A DNA stretch of 13,523 nucleotides, from assembly GCA_049967655.1 (NCBI GenBank), contig JBMFSH010000056.1, forward strand, positions 1 to 13,523, given 5' to 3'. Position numbers and translations under genes: made by a program. The number at the start of each line of letters is the position of its first letter. The stretch's first letter is position 1. Shown piece by piece: positions 8,454 to 13,523 of this stretch. Origin of the DNA: Acidobacteriota bacterium. GTDB lineage: Bacteria; Acidobacteriota; UBA4820; DSQY01. The notes below the pieces were generated by a model. The model searched no databases and had not been told where the DNA came from. It worked only from the letters and a program-made list of their open reading frames with translations.

Positions 8454-8530
8454 CGGGGCGTAGCGCAGCCTGGCAGCGCACTTGGTTCGGGACCAAGGGG
8501 TCGGTGGTTCAAATCCACTCGCCCCGACCA
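8454..8530 (+). tRNA. tRNA-Pro (anticodon CGG)
   Basis: 77 nt; acceptor stem CGGGGCG/CGCCCCG plus ACCA; D arm GCGC..GCGC; anticodon stem CTTGG/CCAAG with loop TTCGGGA (CGG at 8488-8490); T arm GGTGG-TTCAAAT-CCACT. Confidence 0.98.
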
Positions 8531-8544
8531 GATAAATCCTCCAG

Positions 8545-8557
8545 AATCAGGTGGTTA
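8545..8557 (+). promoter_or_regulatory. IHF-binding consensus site at the att junction
   Basis: AATCAG-GTGG-TTA matches WATCAR-N4-TTR, 14 nt from the tRNA end. Confidence 0.6.
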
Positions 8558-9803
8558 CGGAAGCCTCCGAAGCCGGGCTGAGGTTGGAGTCCGCCCGATT
8601 GCAACTTTTTTGCAACTTTGGTTCGAGAATCGTCACCGCCTCCCTCAAACGCGACGGGTGAAGGTGGGCGTAACGCAGGGTCATGGTGAAGTCGGAGTGG
8701 CCCAGAAGTTCGCGGAGAACGGCGAGATCGACGCCGGCGGAAACGAGACGGGAGGCGTAGGTGTGCCGCAGGTCGTGAAAATGAAAGTTCTCGATTCCGG
8801 CGATGGCCAGGGCCACATTCCAGAGGCGCTTGAGATTGTCCTGCCTGCCTGCCGCACTGTTGCCGAAGACGTAGGCCTGTCGGTCCATCGGGCGGGGCAG
8901 TTCGTTGAGAACGGACATGGCCACGGAGTTCAGCGGGATGCACCGGTCCCTCTTCGATTTGGAGCGTGAGGCTGGCACGATGGCCACGGAATTGTGGAAG
9001 TCCACGTCGCTCCAGCGCAAGCCGAGGATCTCGCCCTTCCGCATGCCGGTGTGCAGGGCGAAGAGGACGATCCGCTTCAGGTAGGGCGTGCAGACGTCGA
9101 GAAGGGCCTCCTCCTCTTCCTCGGAGAGATACCGGTATCGCCGATCATCCACGCGGAACAGCTTGATCCGCCCTGCCGGGTTGTACTCGCAGAGGCCCCA
9201 CTCGATGCAGAGGTTGAAGAGTCTCTTCAGCCTGCCGATGACCTCGTCCAGCGCCTTGCGCGAGAGGAACTCCTTCTCTTTGATTCCGGCAAGGGCCTTC
9301 TCGAGTTTCTTTCGCGCCTCCTCTTCGGTGGCAACCACGTGGCGGTGATAGGATCCTTTGAAAGACCAAGTCACCTGCCACTTCCCGTTGGGCAGCTTCT
9401 TCAAACCGCCTCGGTTCCGCTTGCGCGGGACCTTGGAAAGCTCTTGGCGGAACCTTTCCACGTCGCCGCCGGTGATCTTGTCGAGCGCCTTGCCCTTGAA
9501 ATAGTGCGAGGCAAGCCAGTAGCGCGATGCCCAGATGTCGGTCTCCTGTCCGTTCACGCGCATGTGAAGGGCGCTCCATTCCAGGAAGCGCTTCACCGCA
9601 TCTTCGAACTTGGTCTTGACCTCCTTTCTGCGGTCGAGGTAACGGCCTTCCCGCATTTGGGTGTGCACCTTTTCGAGATATGACCGCGCCTCGGTCTTGG
9701 TACGAGCGATATGCCGGGAGTAGCGTCCTTCCGGGTCCTTGTAACTCCACTGCCACCGTCCGTCGGGAAGTTGTTTCAACCCGCGTTCTTTGCGTGTCTC
9801 CAC
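8547..9803 (-). CDS. Tyrosine recombinase / phage-type integrase (418 aa) with a duplicated arm-binding-like domain
   Basis: Catalytic set HTGMRKGE (R), SKSKR (K), FHDLRH (HxxR), LLGH (H), TLRYAH (Y). GTG 9803 has AAAGGAGG 6 nt upstream, preferred over the ORF start at 9899. Confidence 0.96.
   Translation of the reverse strand: METRKERGLKQLPDGRWQWSYKDPEGRYSRHIARTKTEARSYLEKVHTQMREGRYLDRRKEVKTKFEDAVKRFLEWSALHMRVNGQETDIWASRYWLASHYFKGKALDKITGGDVERFRQELSKVPRKRNRGGLKKLPNGKWQVTWSFKGSYHRHVVATEEEARKKLEKALAGIKEKEFLSRKALDEVIGRLKRLFNLCIEWGLCEYNPAGRIKLFRVDDRRYRYLSEEEEEALLDVCTPYLKRIVLFALHTGMRKGEILGLRWSDVDFHNSVAIVPASRSKSKRDRCIPLNSVAMSVLNELPRPMDRQAYVFGNSAAGRQDNLKRLWNVALAIAGIENFHFHDLRHTYASRLVSAGVDLAVLRELLGHSDFTMTLRYAHLHPSRLREAVTILEPKLQKSCNRADSNLSPASEASVTT
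8599..8619. repeat. Tandem direct repeat TTGCAACTTT x2; putative integrase arm-type sites
   Basis: Perfect 10-mers at 8599-8608 and 8610-8619 (11-bp period), AT-rich in a GC-rich context, about 70 bp from the tRNA end. Confidence 0.7.
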
Positions 9804-9873
9804 AGATTTCCTCCTTTCTTCGCGGGAACCGAACGGTCCCACTATGGCTCTTTTGGCGAGCCGATTTCCAGTC

Positions 9874-11799
9874 TCAGAGGGGCCTCGTGAGGTCCACAAG
9901 GATGGGCTTGGGACTGTACTTAGAGAGCTGGAGCCAGGCGCCGCGATCGAGGCCTCCGGTGAGGGTGATCTCCCTGGGCCTGAGGACGGGCACGAAGTCC
10001 TCCCGGGCGCTGAGGCTCCCGGTCTCGCTGACGTGGCGAGGGCCGTGCGAGGTGGTGGCCGAGACGGAGCGGGTCCAGAGGCGGCGCTCCCCCAGGCTGC
10101 CGGAGAGCCATCCCGCCGTGCCGGCGCTCGCTCCGTGCAGGATGTATCGGTCCTGGCAGTTGCCCCAGATGCTCGTGCGGGTCGCGGGGTGGAGCTGGTC
10201 CATGTCCTGGAGGATGATCACCGACACGGCGCCGGCGGAGCGCGAGACGCTGATGAAGCGCTCGGTCTGGTGGTGGTCCATGGCCAGCTTGCTGAACTCG
10301 TCCAGGATGAGAAAGAGCCGCGCGCCCCTGTGGCCGTAGCGCCGGTGGAGCTGGTGCTGGAGCAGGCGCACGGCCATGGCCGCGAGGGTCTCTCCCGCGA
10401 GGCCCATGCGCATGGGCGCCGTGAAGACGAGGCACGAGGGCTGCTCGAAGAGGCGCGAGAGCTTGAAGTCGGCCTCGCTCCCCGTCACCCGCTGGATGGC
10501 CGGGTGGGCGAAGGCGTCCAGCTTGTTCCGGACTCCCTGGATGCGCTCGGTGAAGGTGTACTTCTTGCTGTCCGTGGCGGCCTTGAGGTCGGCCTTGATG
10601 CGGGCGAAGGCTTCCTGATCCGCCGAGTCCTTGATCCGGTCCAGGACCTCCTCCAGCTGCTCCTGCGACAGGAAGAGGTCGTGCAGGGCCTTCAGGCTGG
10701 GTGCTTCGAGTTGGGCCACGACCCTCACTCCCGCCTTGAGGAGGCGCAGGTCGAGCAGGTCGAAGTACTGGTAGGCCCCGCCGTTGACCTCGCCGAAGAG
10801 GGCTTCGGCGATGGCGTCCAGCCCTTCGTGGTAGTCCTCGCTCCCGGCCTCCGGCTCCAGCAGGGGGTTCCAGTGGACCGAGGCCCTGCTCAGCGGATTG
10901 AAGACCCAGAGCTTGGGGGCGGGATATCCGGCGCGCCCGAGCCGGATGTGCTGGGCCATGTCGCCCTTGAAGTCCAGGACGAAGACCGACTGTCCCTTGC
11001 CCGGCAGCTCGCGGCTCCAGGGCAGCGCGAGCGAGGTGGTCTTGCCCGAGCCCGTGGGGGCCACCACGACCGTCTGCTGGAGCTTGGCGATCTCAGGCGC
11101 GACGAAGTAGTTTGTGACGCGGCCTTCATCGTAGAGACGCCCGATGCAAAGCCGGCCGCGGAGCGGCTTAGACTCCGGCGCGGGCCAGGAGGACGCCCTC
11201 ACGAGCAGTCCCGTGCGCTTCAGATCCGAAAGCCTCGCCGCGCCCGAGAGGTCCATGAGGTCATAGGCGTGAGGGTTGCGCAGGATGTCCTCCGTCTTCA
11301 GGTTCGCCCGAGAGACGCGGACCAGCCCCGCGAGAAACAGAACCACCGCCGAGCCGCCGAGCGCCGTGACCTTCCACCAGACCAGAGTGAAGCGCGCCGT
11401 GGCGACGGGGAGGATCACGTCGGGGAGAAAGTACGCCAGACCCAGCACGAAGGCCGAGCCGATGGCCCAGAGGGCAGCACCCTGCCCAGGCCGCCAAAGG
11501 CGGCGGCTCATGCCGTAGACCAGTGGGCTGAAAGCGAGCGCCGAGGCCCCCAAAAGGAAGAGCGCGGGGTGGGCGAGATAGGGGTTCAATACGACTTTGA
11601 TCAGGACGTTGTGGTCCCACGCGAGAAGCCGCCCGATGATGAAGGGCCGCGTACCCCTGGCGGCGTGGAGGTAGGGGGCCAGCTCAAAGGCCCCGCCTAT
11701 CCACAGGGCCACGGCGAAGACCACTGCCCCCGCGATGATAAGGTTCCGTTCAAACTCTTCCGATGGGTGCTCCAGCCTGGGCTGGGATGTGTTGGCCAT
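9874..11799 (-). CDS. Type IV secretion coupling protein (VirD4/TraD/TraG-like)
   Basis: Several N-terminal hydrophobic segments, Walker A VVAPTGSGKT, VLDFKGD, WNPL, Walker B FLILDEF, SRSAG..IILQDMDQL and IWGNC. GGGAG RBS; adjacent to a relaxase. Confidence 0.9.
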   Translation of the reverse strand: MANTSQPRLEHPSEEFERNLIIAGAVVFAVALWIGGAFELAPYLHAARGTRPFIIGRLLAWDHNVLIKVVLNPYLAHPALFLLGASALAFSPLVYGMSRRLWRPGQGAALWAIGSAFVLGLAYFLPDVILPVATARFTLVWWKVTALGGSAVVLFLAGLVRVSRANLKTEDILRNPHAYDLMDLSGAARLSDLKRTGLLVRASSWPAPESKPLRGRLCIGRLYDEGRVTNYFVAPEIAKLQQTVVVAPTGSGKTTSLALPWSRELPGKGQSVFVLDFKGDMAQHIRLGRAGYPAPKLWVFNPLSRASVHWNPLLEPEAGSEDYHEGLDAIAEALFGEVNGGAYQYFDLLDLRLLKAGVRVVAQLEAPSLKALHDLFLSQEQLEEVLDRIKDSADQEAFARIKADLKAATDSKKYTFTERIQGVRNKLDAFAHPAIQRVTGSEADFKLSRLFEQPSCLVFTAPMRMGLAGETLAAMAVRLLQHQLHRRYGHRGARLFLILDEFSKLAMDHHQTERFISVSRSAGAVSVIILQDMDQLHPATRTSIWGNCQDRYILHGASAGTAGWLSGSLGERRLWTRSVSATTSHGPRHVSETGSLSAREDFVPVLRPREITLTGGLDRGAWLQLSKYSPKPILVDLTRPL

Positions 11800-11836
11800 G
11801 AGTCATCTCCCTGCTTCGAGTGGTTGGCCTTCCGGG

Positions 11837-13141
11837 TTACCAGTGTTCAGTTCCGTCCTCGTGGCCCTCGCGGTGCCGGGGCCGTTCCTGCCTCAGATCC
11901 TCGCGGGTGGGAAGTCCCTCGGTGCCCCGCGCGCCGTGCGGGTCCCGCGTCGCGGACTCTACTTGGCGCATGAGGGCCGTGACGAGGCCTCCCGCTTCTC
12001 GCCCCGCTGCCCGGGTGACGCTGGCCGCGACGGCCACCTCATGGAGCTCGGCGTTCTCCTGGAGGCGGCTGGAGATTCGGTCGGGCGCGCCTTGGTAGAG
12101 CCGCTGGGCGGAGACGTCCTGGTGCATGAGTCCCTGATGGTCTTTGAAAGAGAAGCGGTAGAGACCGTCCTCGCCTAACTTCGCCGCCACACCCTTGCCC
12201 TCGAGGGTTTCACGGAAGGCCTCATGGTGCTTGGAGGTCCGGAGGGCCTCGATGATCCGGCCCCGAAGGTCTCGCTGCCAGGAGTAGCGGCCACTCTGCT
12301 CCTCCTTGAGGCGCTTGCGGTACCCTTCCGGGTCCTGCCGCAATTGCTCCTTCTGCTGCGCGAACTTCTCCACCAGGTGGACCCGCTGGTAACTCTCGCC
12401 AAGCCTGGCTTCGCGTGAGGCGTGATGTTTCCCGCCCCGGTCGGTCATGCTGTAGCTGTACTTCTGACCCCGGATGCGAAGCTCCACGCCTCGCTCCTTG
12501 AGCCGTGCCTTGAACTCCTCCTCGGAGAACGCCCGCCTCCCCGCCTCGCGGATGCGGTCCTGCATGTCCAGCTTCCACGAGTATCTGCTCCCGCCCCGCT
12601 CGGCCTGGCGGATGAAGTTGTCCGAGGGCCGGTGCGGGTCTCTCACCCGGTCCAGCTCCCGCTGGATACCGTGGGCCCTGGCCAGCCGGTCGTTCACGTC
12701 CCGGAGACGGTCGATATTCCGGCTGTCGCTGTTGTACTTTCGCCCGTCCAGCCCCGTGGCGTTCCAAACCACGTGGGCGTGGGGGTGGCCTTTCTCGCCG
12801 TGGACGACCACGAGAACGTCATGGCGGTCCGCGATACCCGCCTCCTTCGCCCACGCTTCGCCGTAGTCGCGAATCTTGGCGTGGTCCGGGGTGCCGTCCG
12901 GCTTGGCCAGATCCCCCAGGTCGTGGCGCTCGAAGCTCAAGGCCACGTGGTAGTATTGGCGGGCCCCGTCCCTGGCGTAGAAGTCCCGCGTCTCCCGGAA
13001 CTCCCGCTCGATGGACTCGGCGTCCCGGCCGACCACGTTGCCGCCCACCATCTGGACCCGGTCGCCGGCTTGGTTTTGGTTCAAGAGGTAGGAGATCATT
13101 TTGGAGCTGTCGCCTCCGACGGAGATCTTTAGGATGGGCAT
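11837..13141 (-). CDS. Relaxase / mobilization nuclease (MOB_P, VirD2/MobA-like), 434 aa
   Basis: Motif I MISYL (catalytic Tyr), motif II YYHVALSF, motif III VHGEKGHPHAHVVWN (HUH). ATG 13141 is 2 nt after the mobC stop. Confidence 0.92.
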   Translation of the reverse strand: MPILKISVGGDSSKMISYLLNQNQAGDRVQMVGGNVVGRDAESIEREFRETRDFYARDGARQYYHVALSFERHDLGDLAKPDGTPDHAKIRDYGEAWAKEAGIADRHDVLVVVHGEKGHPHAHVVWNATGLDGRKYNSDSRNIDRLRDVNDRLARAHGIQRELDRVRDPHRPSDNFIRQAERGGSRYSWKLDMQDRIREAGRRAFSEEEFKARLKERGVELRIRGQKYSYSMTDRGGKHHASREARLGESYQRVHLVEKFAQQKEQLRQDPEGYRKRLKEEQSGRYSWQRDLRGRIIEALRTSKHHEAFRETLEGKGVAAKLGEDGLYRFSFKDHQGLMHQDVSAQRLYQGAPDRISSRLQENAELHEVAVAASVTRAAGREAGGLVTALMRQVESATRDPHGARGTEGLPTREDLRQERPRHREGHEDGTEHW

Positions 13142-13143
13142 GC

Positions 13144-13461
13144 TCAGCCCAGAAGGATCTTCATGAGGGACTCGACGCCGCTCCGGATGGCCGCCGTCTC
13201 GCGCAGGTCCACCCGGCCCATGTTGGCCTGGTGGGTGAGCTGGTTGAGGTTTCGCCCGAAGCCCTTGATGGTCCGGTGCACGTCCGCGGGGAACCGGGGG
13301 ACGGCCTTCAGGCACGACCCCATGGCCAGTTCCCTCAGCAGGCGAGCCGGCTTCATGTTCGCGATCGCGGCCTGTTGCCGGATGTGCCCCAGCTCCTCAG
13401 CCGAAAGACGGAGGGTAAGCCGGTGGGGACGCCTTCTCTGGATGCGTTCGATGGGACTCAT
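13144..13461 (-). CDS. mobC: Relaxosome accessory protein MobC (ribbon-helix-helix)
   Basis: RLTLRLSAEE..IRQQA..ARLLRELA RHH pattern and GRNLNQLTHQAN signature; AGGAG RBS; directly upstream of the relaxase. Confidence 0.9.
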   Translation of the reverse strand: MSPIERIQRRRPHRLTLRLSAEELGHIRQQAAIANMKPARLLRELAMGSCLKAVPRFPADVHRTIKGFGRNLNQLTHQANMGRVDLRETAAIRSGVESLMKILLG

Positions 13462-13483
13462 GGGTCAACTCCTGGTTCCAAAA

Positions 13484-13507
13484 GGGTGTCGGGGCGAAGC
13501 CCTGACA
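13484..13507. other. Putative oriT inverted repeat
   Basis: GGGTGTCGGGGCGAAGCCCTGACA; arms TGTCGGGGC / GCCCTGACA (8/9) around GAA, immediately upstream of mobC; resembles the ColE1-family bom motif. Confidence 0.7.
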
Positions 13508-13523
13508 GGTGGCCGCCGCCAGG

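Larger units (their letters stand above)
8531..13523 (-). mobile_element. Integrative mobilizable element (or ICE end) inserted at the 3' end of tRNA-Pro; extends beyond the window
   Basis: The integrase stop lies 16 nt from the tRNA CCA, with contiguous coupling protein, relaxase, mobC and oriT-like IR upstream. The far att repeat is not in the window. Confidence 0.9.

Noticed and set aside
8561..8586. Stem-loop AGCCTC...GAGGTT after the tRNA as a terminator
   Set aside because: Weak interrupted stem without an adjacent U-tract, lying inside the integrase/att region.
9804..9899. N-terminal extension of the integrase ORF to 9899
   Set aside because: It overlaps the T4CP 3' end, and a strong AAAGGAGG RBS supports GTG 9803.
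9790..11973. 727-aa plus-strand ORF
   Set aside because: Antisense shadow of the coupling protein gene; no recognisable motifs, and long antisense ORFs are expected in high-GC coding DNA.
13142..13315. N-terminal extension of the relaxase ORF overlapping mobC
   Set aside because: Pro/Gly/Arg-rich off-frame read of mobC; relaxase motif I fits a start at ATG 13141.
8531..13523. Prophage
   Set aside because: No phage structural, lysis or repressor genes; all neighbours of the integrase are conjugative mobilization genes.

Overview
The left ~8.5 kb is GC-rich core chromosome: acp-coaD-aminotransferase (+), an orphan NarL-type response regulator, ftsK, a TIGR02757-family protein and tolQ (all -), a deoxyhypusine synthase-like gene and tRNA-Pro(CGG) (+). 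Directly after the tRNA begins an integrated mobile element that runs off the right edge. It carries one co-directional minus-strand module: oriT-like inverted repeat, mobC, MOB_P-type relaxase, VirD4-like coupling protein and tyrosine integrase, ending at an att junction with an IHF-consensus site and tandem arm-type repeats. The most unusual observation is that the integrase has two copies of its N-terminal arm-binding-like domain (19/38 aa identical), the second inserted inside the core-binding domain. The relaxase also has a duplicated C-terminal module, and the oriT-like motif resembles the ColE1/pBR322 bom element. All calls come from motif recognition by eye; no database searches were run.
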